A stretch of DNA of 64,000 nucleotides from Rickettsiales bacterium (GCA_041749475.1 JBGTBD010000040.1:511-64510); one strand, 5' to 3'. Positions 30,144 through 40,557 are shown, counted from the stretch's first letter. Notes: generated from the sequence alone by a model not told the origin. A program made the numbers and translations.

Positions 30144-30766
30144 CGATCCAACGCCGTAGTGATATGGAGAAAGTAAAAATCGGCGGATTCGACGATGGGT
30201 GTTACCGTTATTATGATCAGCGGACGGAGGAGTTGGTCGTCAAACTCATCGCCGGTGATTGCTATGTATCCACGCAGAAGCAGGAGGTCATCGTCACCAT
30301 TCTCGGCTCCTGTGTTGCCGCCTGCATCCGCGACCCCCAACTCGGTATCGGCGGGATGAACCATTTTCTGCTGCCGACAACTCAGGAAGCGGGGCCGTTC
30401 CTCAACCGTTACGGCGTCCACGCGATGGAACAGCTCATCAATAGTCTTCTCAAGGAGGGGGCATCAAAAGCGCGTATGGAAGTCAAGGTTTTCGGCGGCG
30501 GCAATATGCTCGCCAACATGACTGATATCGGCGCGATGAACATCCATTTCGTTAAGGAGTTTATCCGTAATGAAAAGCTGAACATGGTAGCGGAAGACCT
30601 TGGCGGTACTAGCCCGCGACGTGTTCATTATTACCCGGAAACGGGCAAAGCATTGGTACGCAAACTCAAGCGTGAGGAAGACCGTCGGGTCATCACTCAT
30701 GAATATGATTATATGCTGAAACTTTCTAATACACGCCAGACAGGGGAGATGGAGTTGTTTACATGA
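30140..30766 (+). CDS. cheD: Chemoreceptor glutamine deamidase CheD
   Basis: TILGSCVAAC, GGMNHFLLP, KVFGGG, EDLGG. Confidence 0.95.
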   Translation: MTIQRRSDMEKVKIGGFDDGCYRYYDQRTEELVVKLIAGDCYVSTQKQEVIVTILGSCVAACIRDPQLGIGGMNHFLLPTTQEAGPFLNRYGVHAMEQLINSLLKEGASKARMEVKVFGGGNMLANMTDIGAMNIHFVKEFIRNEKLNMVAEDLGGTSPRRVHYYPETGKALVRKLKREEDRRVITHEYDYMLKLSNTRQTGEMELFT

Positions 30767-31803
30767 ATAGGAAAAAAACGGTGCTCATTGTCGATGACTC
30801 ACCGATCATGCGCGGGCTGCTGGCGAATATCATCGCCACCGATCCCGATTTTGACGTGGTGGGCACGGCGCAGGACCCGATCGACGCACGGGACAAAATC
30901 AAACATCTCCATCCCGATATCATGACGCTCGACGTCGAGATGCCGCTTATGAACGGGATAGAGTTTCTCAGGCTCGTCATGCGCCTCCGTCCCATGCCGG
31001 TGGTGATGATCTCCAGCCTCACACAGCAGGGTGCCGACAAGGCGTTGCAGGCGATAGAACTCGGCGCCTTTGACGCCATCGGTAAACCTGATCTTGCCAC
31101 CCCTAATGCGTTGGAAGAATTCGCAAACCATGTGCTGCATGCGTTGCGCGCCGCCGGCATGTCCCGCTTTCCTGAGCCTCAGACTGGCCCCCCACCTACT
31201 TTGGCTAAACTGCGCAGCTCCGGCTCAGTCAAGCTGATTGCCATCGGCTCATCCACGGGTGGGGTGGAAGCCATTCGCCATTTGCTCGGCGAATTGCCTA
31301 GTGGTTTGCCTCCCATCGTCATCACCCAGCACATGCCCGCTTCCTTCCTTACCTCGTTCGCGGAACGGCTGAATAAACTATCTTCTCTACATGTAAGGTT
31401 AGCGGAAGGGGGAATGACCTTGCGTCCCGGAACGGTCACTATCGCCCCCGGCATAGCGCATTTGGAGATACGCAAACAGGGTGATGACTTCGTCTGCAAA
31501 CTCATGACGGGAGAGAAAGTGTCTGGCCATGTGCCGTCGGTGGATGTCATGTTCCGCTCGGTCGCAGAGCAGGTAGGCAAAGACGCGCTGGGAGTTTTGT
31601 TGACCGGCATGGGATCGGACGGGGCGCAAGGCATGCTTGCCATGCGCAACAGCGGGGCGATGACCATCGGCCAGTCTGAAGCGAGTTGCGTTATTTACGG
31701 TATGCCGCGTCGCGCGATGGAACTTGGCGCCGTCCAGCAGGAACTGGCGCTGAACGACATATCCCGTTTTATGATCACCGCCACACAGGGAGTACACGTA
31801 TGA
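30763..31803 (+). CDS. cheB: Chemotaxis methylesterase CheB
   Basis: REC domain plus GSSTGG, TQHMP, LTGMGSDGA, YGMP. Confidence 0.96.
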   Translation: MNRKKTVLIVDDSPIMRGLLANIIATDPDFDVVGTAQDPIDARDKIKHLHPDIMTLDVEMPLMNGIEFLRLVMRLRPMPVVMISSLTQQGADKALQAIELGAFDAIGKPDLATPNALEEFANHVLHALRAAGMSRFPEPQTGPPPTLAKLRSSGSVKLIAIGSSTGGVEAIRHLLGELPSGLPPIVITQHMPASFLTSFAERLNKLSSLHVRLAEGGMTLRPGTVTIAPGIAHLEIRKQGDDFVCKLMTGEKVSGHVPSVDVMFRSVAEQVGKDALGVLLTGMGSDGAQGMLAMRNSGAMTIGQSEASCVIYGMPRRAMELGAVQQELALNDISRFMITATQGVHV

Positions 31804-32111
31804 GCCTCGAAGTCATTATGCTGAAACACGATGATATTTTGCGCATCCATCTCAACGGAAGCTGCACCTTCTCACATTATAACGATTTCCAGAAGATTAT
31901 CCGTGAGGTGGAGGAGAAGCGATTTCATGAGGTGTATATGCATCTCTCAGAACTTACCTATATCGATTCTTCAGGCCTGGGTATGCTGCTCCTGATGCGG
32001 GAAAAATGTCAGTCCCGCGAGTGCGGGTTATCCATCGTCCAGCCGCGCGGTCAGGTGAAGAAAATGTTCGAGATAGCGCAGCTCGGCGACATCTTTCGCG
32101 TCGAGCACTAA
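31800..32111 (+). CDS. STAS anti-sigma-factor antagonist
   Basis: YIDSSGLGMLL phosphorylatable-Ser motif; ATG overlaps the cheB stop. Confidence 0.88.
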   Translation: MSLEVIMLKHDDILRIHLNGSCTFSHYNDFQKIIREVEEKRFHEVYMHLSELTYIDSSGLGMLLLMREKCQSRECGLSIVQPRGQVKKMFEIAQLGDIFRVEH

Positions 32112-32115
32112 GTCA

Positions 32116-33312
32116 ATGCTGAAATCATTTAAAGAACAACGTATTCTCATCGTGGATGACGTGAAGTTCAGTCGGGACATCGTGCTGCACATATTGCGCC
32201 AGAACGGGATGACCGAACTGCTGGAAGCATCCAACGGAGATGAGGCACTGGAAATCTGTCACCGGATGAAGCCGGACCTCATCATCGCCGACTTACTGAT
32301 GCCGGGGATGGACGGTTATGAACTCTGCCGCCGCCTGCGGAACAACGCTGCGTTCGCCGAGACGCCTATCATTGTCCAGACCAGCGTGGAGGACGCCAAT
32401 AAACGCGCCCACGCATTCAACGCGGGTGCGAGCGACCTCATCGTCAAACCTATCAACCCGCATGAATTGTTGATGCGCACACGCTTGCACATCCACCGCC
32501 ACAAACTGATGATGGAACTTCGCCATTACCGTGAAACCACCAGCCGCGAAATGCAGTCTGCCAAAGTGATGCAATTCTCCCTCCTTCCTACGACGGAAGA
32601 GCAGCAGGCGATTATGACATCGCTACCCGTGGCGATGAGCATATTCTTCGAGCCATCCTACCTATTAAGCGGCGATATGCTGGGAGCGCAACGGCTCGTA
32701 AATGACAAGCTTGCATTCTACCTCGTGGATTTTGCGGGGCATGGCATCCTTGCCTCCCTCAATACCTTCCGTCTGCATACTCTGATGCATACGCAGCTCC
32801 CGCTGACGGATGACCCGGGAGAATACCTCACCGCGCTCAACGCCTCGCTGTTTCCCTTATTGAAAATCCATGAATATGCGACGATGTTCTATGGAGTCGT
32901 GGACATTGCGAAAAACGAATTGCGCTATGCATCCGCCGCCAGCCCGCGCCCGATGATCTTCACCGGCGGCAAGCTCCACCCCAGCATTATCGACTCCTCC
33001 GGCATACCGCTGGGTGTTGTCAGGGATACGCGGTACCAGACGCGCGCTATACAGTTCCATGAAGGGGATGTGTTTTTCGGCTTCAGTGATGCACTCATTG
33101 AAGCCCGCAAGAACCCGACGCAGGTGCTCGACGAAAAGGCGCTGCACGAACTCTGCTATGAATACATGCTTTATGGCTCGAAGGATATTGCAACGAACCC
33201 GAAAGGCTTTCAGGATTGGATACTGGAAATGTATCAGGCCTACTCACTTACGACACACTATCTTGATGATATGACGCTTTTTCTGGTGTCACGCCTGCCC
33301 CGATCTTCTTGA
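32116..33312 (+). CDS. Response regulator with PP2C/SpoIIE phosphatase domain
   Basis: REC domain, then SGD, DFAGHG, FSDAL and DDMT phosphatase motifs. Confidence 0.9.
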   Translation: MLKSFKEQRILIVDDVKFSRDIVLHILRQNGMTELLEASNGDEALEICHRMKPDLIIADLLMPGMDGYELCRRLRNNAAFAETPIIVQTSVEDANKRAHAFNAGASDLIVKPINPHELLMRTRLHIHRHKLMMELRHYRETTSREMQSAKVMQFSLLPTTEEQQAIMTSLPVAMSIFFEPSYLLSGDMLGAQRLVNDKLAFYLVDFAGHGILASLNTFRLHTLMHTQLPLTDDPGEYLTALNASLFPLLKIHEYATMFYGVVDIAKNELRYASAASPRPMIFTGGKLHPSIIDSSGIPLGVVRDTRYQTRAIQFHEGDVFFGFSDALIEARKNPTQVLDEKALHELCYEYMLYGSKDIATNPKGFQDWILEMYQAYSLTTHYLDDMTLFLVSRLPRSS

Positions 33313-34183
33313 TCATGCGCACCACATTGCCGCTACCGAGATAGGATACTTCGTCAAAACTCATCAGGCGGGCGATGGCAATGCCACGGCCGTTGAGATC
33401 AGTGACGCTCATCGCATTCTGACTGGCGTATTGCTTATAGTCGAATCCTTTTCCTTGGTCGCGGATCGTGGCTTCAATCCGGTCATCAAACCGCTCGACG
33501 GTAATGGTGGCCATCTTACTTTTATACTCAGGCAGTTTCAGCATATCCTGAATATGCTGTTGCCACGTACCGTCCATAATCAGCTTGCGTTTCCCTGCAA
33601 AGTCGATGCCGAGATTCCCATGCTCAATCGCGTTCATCATCAACTCGGAAAGTCCGACCATCGTCTGGGCCGGGTCGGGGAAGAGTTGCGAAACATGCTG
33701 CGACAATTCCCGCGCTTCTTCGATGGTGTTGAACGAATAAAGCGCCATCTGTGTCATGTGGATGATGGGCGATTGTGCCTCTGGTTCGTCGAAGGAAAGC
33801 AGGTTCCGCAAATCCTGTATTGCCGCTCCGACGATGTTGAGCAACGTTTGCTTTTCGTATGGCTTAGTCAGATAATAAAACACGCCTGCCTTGATACCCT
33901 GTAATATCTGCTCGCTCCCCGCTGCCGCCGTCTGCATGATGACGGGAATATTACGATAGCGCCGATCGTCCTTCAGTTTATTGACGAAGGCCATCCCGTC
34001 CATCACGGGCATCATGCGGTCGAGGACGATGACGGTGATCTCAGGATGCGCCTGTAACACGCCCCACCCTTCCAGCCCGTTACGTGCCAGCAGTGTATTG
34101 AACCCTTTATCCGAAAGCGTTTCCTCCAGGATGTCGAGGTTCAGTTCTTCATCGTCAACGATCAGTACGGTGGGTTTGTACAT
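33248..34183 (-). CDS. Response regulator with RsbW-like HATPase (anti-sigma kinase) domain
   Basis: REC (LDRMMP), ELMMNAIEHGN, IRDQGKGFD, GRGIAI. Confidence 0.88.
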   Translation of the reverse strand: MYKPTVLIVDDEELNLDILEETLSDKGFNTLLARNGLEGWGVLQAHPEITVIVLDRMMPVMDGMAFVNKLKDDRRYRNIPVIMQTAAAGSEQILQGIKAGVFYYLTKPYEKQTLLNIVGAAIQDLRNLLSFDEPEAQSPIIHMTQMALYSFNTIEEARELSQHVSQLFPDPAQTMVGLSELMMNAIEHGNLGIDFAGKRKLIMDGTWQQHIQDMLKLPEYKSKMATITVERFDDRIEATIRDQGKGFDYKQYASQNAMSVTDLNGRGIAIARLMSFDEVSYLGSGNVVRMIKKIGAGVTPEKASYHQDSVS

Positions 34184-34186
34184 AGG

Positions 34187-35821
34187 TTATTCCTTTGTGG
34201 TGATATAGGTGGATGAGGGGAGCAGGGGAAAACGCAGGACGAACGAGGTCCCTCCCTTGGGATGATTTTCGGCATGGATGCTGCCTTGGTGTGCAGCCAT
34301 GATCTGGCGGCAAATGGTGAGGCCCAGCCCCGTTCCCCCCGCCCCCGTGCTGGTGCGTGAACTCTGTGTAAAGGTAGAAAAAATAGTCTCCAACTCTTCA
34401 TCGGGGATACCGGGCCCCTGATCGATGACGCGGATATCAAGAGCCGGCATGTCCTCTCCTTCGATGTCCATGAGGGTGTCTTCGAATCGCAAGGTGATGC
34501 GCTTATCCTGCCCGCTGAATTTGATAGCGTTGGAGAGGAGGTTGATGAACACCTGCACCAGCCGCGTAGAGTCGCAATAGAACACCGTGTTGTTCGCCCC
34601 GCCTTCGAGCGCGACGGTGATATTTTTCTCTTCCAGCAGTGAACGCAATTCATCGATGGCCTGATCGGCACAGTCGCGTACATTCACTTCCGAAAAATGG
34701 AATTGCATCTTACCTGCTTCCATCTTGGAAAGGTCGAGCAGATCGTTGACCAGGCTCACCAACCGTCTGCCGCTTTTCTCGATGTTCGAGAAATATTTGG
34801 GCAGTTTGTCAGTACTGGCCGCCGCAAGCTTCTCATTGCCCATCTGCGCGTAATTGATGATGGCATGCATCGGCGTGCGTAACTCATGCGACATGTTGGC
34901 GAGGAATTGGGATTTAGCCTGACTCGCTTCCTTCACCGCATTCACGGCTTCCAGCAAATCCGCCGTGCGCTCATCGACCAGTATCTGCAAATGATCGCGA
35001 TGCTGCTTTAGCTGCTTCTGCATCGTCAACCAGTCCGTCACGTCATCGACGAAGCCGACGACGATCTCCGGCTTGCCGTCGAGATCGTAGAGCGGGAACT
35101 TGATGAGATGGATGTTGATGGTCTTGTCTTCCGTCTTCACATCCTCATAGAATTCGAGAATATAATTGCCGTCCGCCACCTGCAAATCCGAACTGCGGCG
35201 GAACTCGCCTTCCTGCTGGCCGAAAAGTTCGATGTCGCTTTTGCCCAGCATCTGTGACGCCGCCGTGCCGAAAATCTCCTCCATCTTCGCGTTCCATATC
35301 TGGTAACGGTACTGGTCTTTCGCGTCCTTCACGAACAGGCCGACGGGTAAGTTCTCGATGACGCTGTCCAGTAGGTTACGCTGACGGTGCAGTTGCTTCT
35401 CGCGCTGGACACGTTCCGTCGCGTCAAAATAGATGCCAAGGATGCCGATGACTTTTCCCATCGTGTCCGTCATTGCCAGTTTGGTGATTTCGTACCAGCT
35501 GATGTCGTCGTTGAAAAAGGGTTGAGAACTGAATGTTTTATATTCACGGCGTCGCTCGCTGCGGATTTCATCGTCATATTGGCGATAGAAATCAGCAAAA
35601 TGTGTGTGTGGGAAAATTTCTGCATCCGTCTTGCCGACGATGTCGGCGAGGGACTCTGCCCCGGCACGTTTGAGGAACGCCTGATTACCGCCCTGATAGA
35701 AGCCGTCCAGATCCTTCCAGAAAATCTCCCCCGGCAGATGGTCGATCAGCGTATCGACAAACGGCGAGTGCGATTCCCCGAACGTGGTCTGGACGCTGGC
35801 CATGCGGAAGCGGTTTTCCAT
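34187..35821 (-). CDS. PAS-PAS sensor histidine kinase
   Basis: Two PAS domains, FLANMSHELRTP, NLLSNAIKF, DQGPG, GGTGLGL; start chosen from the promoter position. Confidence 0.93.
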   Translation of the reverse strand: MENRFRMASVQTTFGESHSPFVDTLIDHLPGEIFWKDLDGFYQGGNQAFLKRAGAESLADIVGKTDAEIFPHTHFADFYRQYDDEIRSERRREYKTFSSQPFFNDDISWYEITKLAMTDTMGKVIGILGIYFDATERVQREKQLHRQRNLLDSVIENLPVGLFVKDAKDQYRYQIWNAKMEEIFGTAASQMLGKSDIELFGQQEGEFRRSSDLQVADGNYILEFYEDVKTEDKTINIHLIKFPLYDLDGKPEIVVGFVDDVTDWLTMQKQLKQHRDHLQILVDERTADLLEAVNAVKEASQAKSQFLANMSHELRTPMHAIINYAQMGNEKLAAASTDKLPKYFSNIEKSGRRLVSLVNDLLDLSKMEAGKMQFHFSEVNVRDCADQAIDELRSLLEEKNITVALEGGANNTVFYCDSTRLVQVFINLLSNAIKFSGQDKRITLRFEDTLMDIEGEDMPALDIRVIDQGPGIPDEELETIFSTFTQSSRTSTGAGGTGLGLTICRQIMAAHQGSIHAENHPKGGTSFVLRFPLLPSSTYITTKE

Positions 35822-35845
35822 GATGCCCACCCTAGCTGCAATCAC

Positions 35846-35860
35846 TTAAAAGTTGCTTAA
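35846..35860. promoter_or_regulatory. Putative CtrA binding site
   Basis: TTAA-AAGTTGC-TTAA (TTAA-N7-TTAA), 11 nt upstream of a TAGGGT -10-like hexamer on the minus strand. Confidence 0.55.
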
Positions 35861-35883
35861 ATTCTCGTGATATTACCGTGACA

Positions 35884-37659
35884 TCAGCCAATAAAACGGC
35901 TTGGCCGCAGCAGGGTTGCAACCGATCGAGGCAGCGGTAGCGGGTCGCCGCACAGCTGCGAAGCCAGTAATTCTGCCGCGATGGGGGCAGAAACCAACCC
36001 CCGCGATCCATGCGCCGCATTCAACCACACCAAACCATTGGAAGGCCAATTTCCTGAGAGTGGGAGCCGATCCCGGCTGGTACTGCGCAGCGCCGCCCAC
36101 CCGTCACACGCCGCATCGGGGGGGATGGGGATAGCCAGTGCTACGGACGCTTTGGCGATGTTCTCCGCATGGCTCGCCGGATCCACCGTCACATCCTGCC
36201 GACCCCGGTCGAACGTTGCCCCGATATGGTACAGACCATCAATGGGAGGGGTAATATATGTGTTGGAGGAGAGGATGGTATTCAACCCGTGCAACGCAGG
36301 CTGGGGAGGGATGCAGGAAATCTGACCGCGAATGATGGTGAGGACGGGCACAAGCTCCGGCAGAAGCGCACCAAGCCCCACTGAGGTGCAGAGGATTGTC
36401 GGCATGTCAACTTCCCGCACTGACTCCAGCGTGTCTCCCAGCTTAAGCGTAATCGCCGGATGCGCCAGCAGATGGGTGGAAACATCCTCCAAGTTCGCCC
36501 AGCCGCTATGGGGGAACCATAGCGCATCGCTGTGGCAGGGAATGCCTGCGATGCGCGTCGCCTCGTCTTTATCCACCCAGCGTAGCCAGTCTGGCGGCAG
36601 CGGCGTGGTCTCCGCCAGTCGGCGCAACCGCTCCGGCGCTTCGTGCGGTTTGGCGAAAAGCAACATGCCACATGCCGACCTCGCCACCGCATCCCCGCAA
36701 GTATCAAGCAGCGCGCGACTATGCGCATACCCATGCGCATAGAATTGTGCCTGCGCGGGGTAGCCGACCGCGAAGCGTGGGAACAGAATCGCCGATGGAT
36801 TGTGCGACGCGCCGCTGGCGGGCTTTTTTGCCGCGTCCTGTACGGTGACGCGCACACCGCGTAATGCCAACGCATGCGCCGTTGCCGCACCTGCCAATCC
36901 CGCGCCGATGATGGTAGCCTCACGAATGGGTGAATGCACGCGGGCCGCGCCATCAAGCCGCCCCGCGAGCATATATTTTTTCTTACCGAAGCCAGAGCGT
37001 TTCTCCAGCGTGAATCCGGCTGAGCCGAGCGCCTCCATTGTCATCGTCGCGGTAGAGAAGGTGGCGAACGTTGCATCCGGCGCAGAGAGGCGATGTAGTT
37101 CGTGCGTCAGTTCCGCCTGCCACAATTCCGGGTTCAGCCGTGGCGCAAACCCGTCGAGGAACCACGCATCGACCACCGCATCCTGATCGCGGAACATCTC
37201 CAGCGCGTCGCCCTGCATCAACGTCAGCTGAATCCTCCCGCCCGCGAAATGGCGACGGTGATAGCCGGGTATGAGCGGTGGCAGGGAGGCCTGTAATGCT
37301 TTCGCATACAGAGCCAGTTCCGGGAATAATCCATGCGCCCGCTGCATATCGGGAAGGGCCAGCGGATGTTTTTCCACCGACAGGAAGTTTAACCGCGCCT
37401 GCGCCGGAGCGGTTTCCAGAAACAATTTCCACACGCTCAGGAAATTCAGCCCCGTGCCGAACCCTGTCTCGCCGATGGTGAATACATCGCGCCCCAGCCA
37501 GCGTTCCGGCAATCCGTTCCCGTCAAGGAACACATGCCGAGTCTCCGCGAGTCCGCCTTCGCGCGAAAAATACACATCCCCATGCGTCGCGGAGACGGGA
37601 TTGCCACGCTCATCCCAATCAAGGACGGCAGGGGAGAGGGGGAGGATGGACGGTGGCAT
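35884..37659 (-). CDS. mnmC: Bifunctional tRNA mnm5s2U34 methyltransferase/FAD oxidoreductase MnmC
   Basis: DVYFS, ETGFGTGLNF, WFLDGFAP, GFGKK, IIGAGLAG, AHGSRGL; alternative start at 37701. Confidence 0.93.
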   Translation of the reverse strand: MPPSILPLSPAVLDWDERGNPVSATHGDVYFSREGGLAETRHVFLDGNGLPERWLGRDVFTIGETGFGTGLNFLSVWKLFLETAPAQARLNFLSVEKHPLALPDMQRAHGLFPELALYAKALQASLPPLIPGYHRRHFAGGRIQLTLMQGDALEMFRDQDAVVDAWFLDGFAPRLNPELWQAELTHELHRLSAPDATFATFSTATMTMEALGSAGFTLEKRSGFGKKKYMLAGRLDGAARVHSPIREATIIGAGLAGAATAHALALRGVRVTVQDAAKKPASGASHNPSAILFPRFAVGYPAQAQFYAHGYAHSRALLDTCGDAVARSACGMLLFAKPHEAPERLRRLAETTPLPPDWLRWVDKDEATRIAGIPCHSDALWFPHSGWANLEDVSTHLLAHPAITLKLGDTLESVREVDMPTILCTSVGLGALLPELVPVLTIIRGQISCIPPQPALHGLNTILSSNTYITPPIDGLYHIGATFDRGRQDVTVDPASHAENIAKASVALAIPIPPDAACDGWAALRSTSRDRLPLSGNWPSNGLVWLNAAHGSRGLVSAPIAAELLASQLCGDPLPLPRSVATLLRPSRFIG

Positions 37660-37776
37660 AGGATGGTTATACAGGGCCACACCGCCATGCGCCAAGGGCA
37701 TTTCATAAAAGTTTCACACGCGTTTAGGCGGTGGGTTGGGTAAGGTGAGGCCCACCACTGCACATCCGGGGAAACT

Positions 37777-39210
37777 ATGCAGATCTACCGCCGCTACCCT
37801 GACGAGAAGGGCAACACTGATATTTCCGAACTCGTCGACCCCAAAAGCCTGCGCAAGGAATCCCCGCAGGCGATGGATCTTTCACGTCCGACGCTGTTCT
37901 TCTTCCCCGGCTTCCAGACCATGGACGACAGCATCCCACTCCACCCCGTCACCAAGAAACCGCTAAACAACCAAGATTCGTATACCTCGCTGAACCTGAA
38001 ATCCAGCGTGGTCGAATCCCACCTGGGCAATGCGGCTGACCTTTATCGGCAAGGGAAGGTGAATTTCTACACGCTCACCTACTCACCCACCCGAATAATT
38101 CCAAAACGTATCAAGAACCTGCTTGTCGATGCCTACAATGTGCTGGCTCCCGACGTCATCAAAATCAGGCGCACCACCCCGCGCAGCGGTAAACTGTTCG
38201 ATGCAGCCAGCTTTATGTTTTTTCCTGAGGTTTATTATCGGGAGGACGCTGAGCATTTTGTCGATCAGATGATCCTTCCCGCCATCATGCGCGCGAATGG
38301 TAGTTTTCTGCCTAAAGATGAAATCATGGAGAAATTCCGTAACGTTACCTTTGCTGCGGACTCCTACGGCAGCACTTTCGCACACCAGATCGGGAACTAC
38401 CTTAAATTCTGTCTTACCAAAAACAAGAAGCACCCGAAAGGTTTCCCTGCCGAGGAGGTAAAGGAAATGTTGCAGCAGTTTGTCTTCATCGGGGGTTCCA
38501 ATATCGTCATCAATGACAAGCCGGGTCAGAAAAACCCTTTCACGGGGATTTATTTCGAGGGTAGGGGAGATCAATTCATCGCCATGGCGCGCAGACTGGA
38601 GAATATGCGCTCCCTCATCCTCCCCCACCTCCTCAGCGGCAAACGCTTCCCTGAAACCATCAATCACGAGGAGGAATATAATGGCATGAGCAAGCTTTCC
38701 GACAGCGGATATTACGAGATGGCAAATGAGCAGATTCATGTCATCGAAGCGGCCGAGCGGCACTACAAACCTACGCCCGATAAGGATAACACGACGTTTC
38801 GCCCTGTGGATAAAGGCATGGTGGTGGAATTTGACGTGCCCACCCGCTTCCACGTCTTGCTCAAGGATCACGGCAAACCGCTCGCCCGTTTCTATCCTAA
38901 CGTACCGGAACTCCACCAATCCTACAGCTATTACTACCCCATCCCCGAACACCGCGACCACGCCGACCTCTATGGCCGAGCCTTACGCAACGCCGTCACC
39001 CGCTCCCCCAAGGAAGAAGTCACCGCCCAAGACCTCCTCACCCGCGACGTCCTCCCCCACAAACCCAAAAACGGCAACGACGAGTCACGCACCGACTTCA
39101 CCTCCGGCATCAACCAAGCCCGCATGAAGGCGCATCTGGATGAGGTGGTGGCGAAGCAATTGGCGGAGGTGAGGGGAGAGAAGGTTGGGATGGAAGGTCG
39201 CAATTTTTGA
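37777..39210 (+). CDS. Hypothetical protein, possible divergent alpha/beta hydrolase
   Basis: PTLFFFPGF, ADSYG elbow, EGRGD and a downstream His. Confidence 0.6.
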   Translation: MQIYRRYPDEKGNTDISELVDPKSLRKESPQAMDLSRPTLFFFPGFQTMDDSIPLHPVTKKPLNNQDSYTSLNLKSSVVESHLGNAADLYRQGKVNFYTLTYSPTRIIPKRIKNLLVDAYNVLAPDVIKIRRTTPRSGKLFDAASFMFFPEVYYREDAEHFVDQMILPAIMRANGSFLPKDEIMEKFRNVTFAADSYGSTFAHQIGNYLKFCLTKNKKHPKGFPAEEVKEMLQQFVFIGGSNIVINDKPGQKNPFTGIYFEGRGDQFIAMARRLENMRSLILPHLLSGKRFPETINHEEEYNGMSKLSDSGYYEMANEQIHVIEAAERHYKPTPDKDNTTFRPVDKGMVVEFDVPTRFHVLLKDHGKPLARFYPNVPELHQSYSYYYPIPEHRDHADLYGRALRNAVTRSPKEEVTAQDLLTRDVLPHKPKNGNDESRTDFTSGINQARMKAHLDEVVAKQLAEVRGEKVGMEGRNF

Positions 39211-39237
39211 TTTGAGAAGCAATCTAACTATGATTGG

Positions 39238-40557
39238 CTAAAAAATTATTTTTACTAAAATAGAGTTCTCTTCGGAATTCACTGAAATGGCGGCGCCATG
39301 CTGTTTGGCAATCCAGTTGACGATGGCTAGTCCAAGACCGGAGCCGTCACCATCATGGTTGACCCGGTAAAATGGATCGAACACCCGTTTTGCTTGTTCG
39401 GATGTCAGCGCCACCCCTGTATTATGCACCGATAATTCCACGCCGCCTTCCTGCTTCAGCGTAATGCGCACGGTGGCTCCCGGAGGGCTATGACGGAAGG
39501 CATTATCCAACAGGTTGCGCAGGAGAATTTCCAGCATGCTGGCATTGCCCTTGACGTGGATATTGTCCTGAATTTCAGCAATAAGCGTGTGTTGCCGCTT
39601 TCTGGCAAGCGGTTCCGCTTCATCTGCCATGCACCGTGCAAGGATCGATAAATCCACATCATCCAATTCCTGCTCAAGCTTCTGAACGCGCACCAGCGTC
39701 AGCAATTGTTCTACCAGACGCGCCATGCGGTCAATGCCGGGAAGCACGTCCTGGAATAATTGCTGCTGCTCCACCGCGTTGTTGCTGCGCAATGCCACCT
39801 GCACCTGCGTCTTGAGCGCAGCTAGAGGCGTGCGCAACTCATGCGCCGCATAGCCGGTAAAGCGCTTTTCGCGGTCGATGACTTCTTCGATACGCTGCAT
39901 CAGGCGGTTCAGCGCACCGACGAGCGATGTCACTTCGCTGGGAAGGGTTTCGGTGGGAATGGGCTGCAACGCCTCCGGTTGCTGGGATTGGATTTGCGCA
40001 GAAAGACGGTCAAGGGGTGCGATGCCGTACCGTACGCCGAACCAGATGACGCAAACGAGTAACGGGAAAACAAGCAAGGAGGGCAAGAGGACGCTCACTC
40101 CGACCTTTTCGATCAAATCCATCCGGGCGTGATAATCCTCCGCTACTTCCACGATCACATTTTGTTCGCGCAGGATGAATATCCGCCACATGCGATCATT
40201 CATCATGCGGTCGGTAAACCCTGTGGACTGGGTGAGGGGGCCAAGTGATGTCGCGTTATCCGACTGCATTAGTACATCTTTCCCGAGCCAGACGCGGTAG
40301 GCGAAATCCTTTTCATACGGCGTATTGAACTTGCCATCATGCAAATCAATCAGCTTTTCCGTGACGTCCCCTTCCTCGATTTCATGCTGGGAAAGCAAGC
40401 CGAGAACGCGGGCAAAATGCGCGAGCTGGGCATCGTAGATTTCTTCCGCTTCGTGCCGCGCGCTGAGATAGGAGGCGATGGCAATGCTCGCCACCCCCAG
40501 CAACAGCGGGATGGCTAAAACCCGAAGCAGCCGGAAACGTAGTGAACTGCTTCTCAT
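39238..40557 (-). CDS. QseC/PmrB-like sensor histidine kinase
   Basis: HEAEEIYDAQL periplasmic motif, HAMP, AAHELRTPL, NLLDNA, GSGLGL. Confidence 0.92.
   Translation of the reverse strand: MRSSSLRFRLLRVLAIPLLLGVASIAIASYLSARHEAEEIYDAQLAHFARVLGLLSQHEIEEGDVTEKLIDLHDGKFNTPYEKDFAYRVWLGKDVLMQSDNATSLGPLTQSTGFTDRMMNDRMWRIFILREQNVIVEVAEDYHARMDLIEKVGVSVLLPSLLVFPLLVCVIWFGVRYGIAPLDRLSAQIQSQQPEALQPIPTETLPSEVTSLVGALNRLMQRIEEVIDREKRFTGYAAHELRTPLAALKTQVQVALRSNNAVEQQQLFQDVLPGIDRMARLVEQLLTLVRVQKLEQELDDVDLSILARCMADEAEPLARKRQHTLIAEIQDNIHVKGNASMLEILLRNLLDNAFRHSPPGATVRITLKQEGGVELSVHNTGVALTSEQAKRVFDPFYRVNHDGDGSGLGLAIVNWIAKQHGAAISVNSEENSILVKIIF

Noticed and set aside
38930-39200. Abrupt switch from C-rich to G-rich sequence at the end of ORF 37777
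   Set aside because: Only a ~9-bp complementary stretch was found; no defined structure or element is supported.
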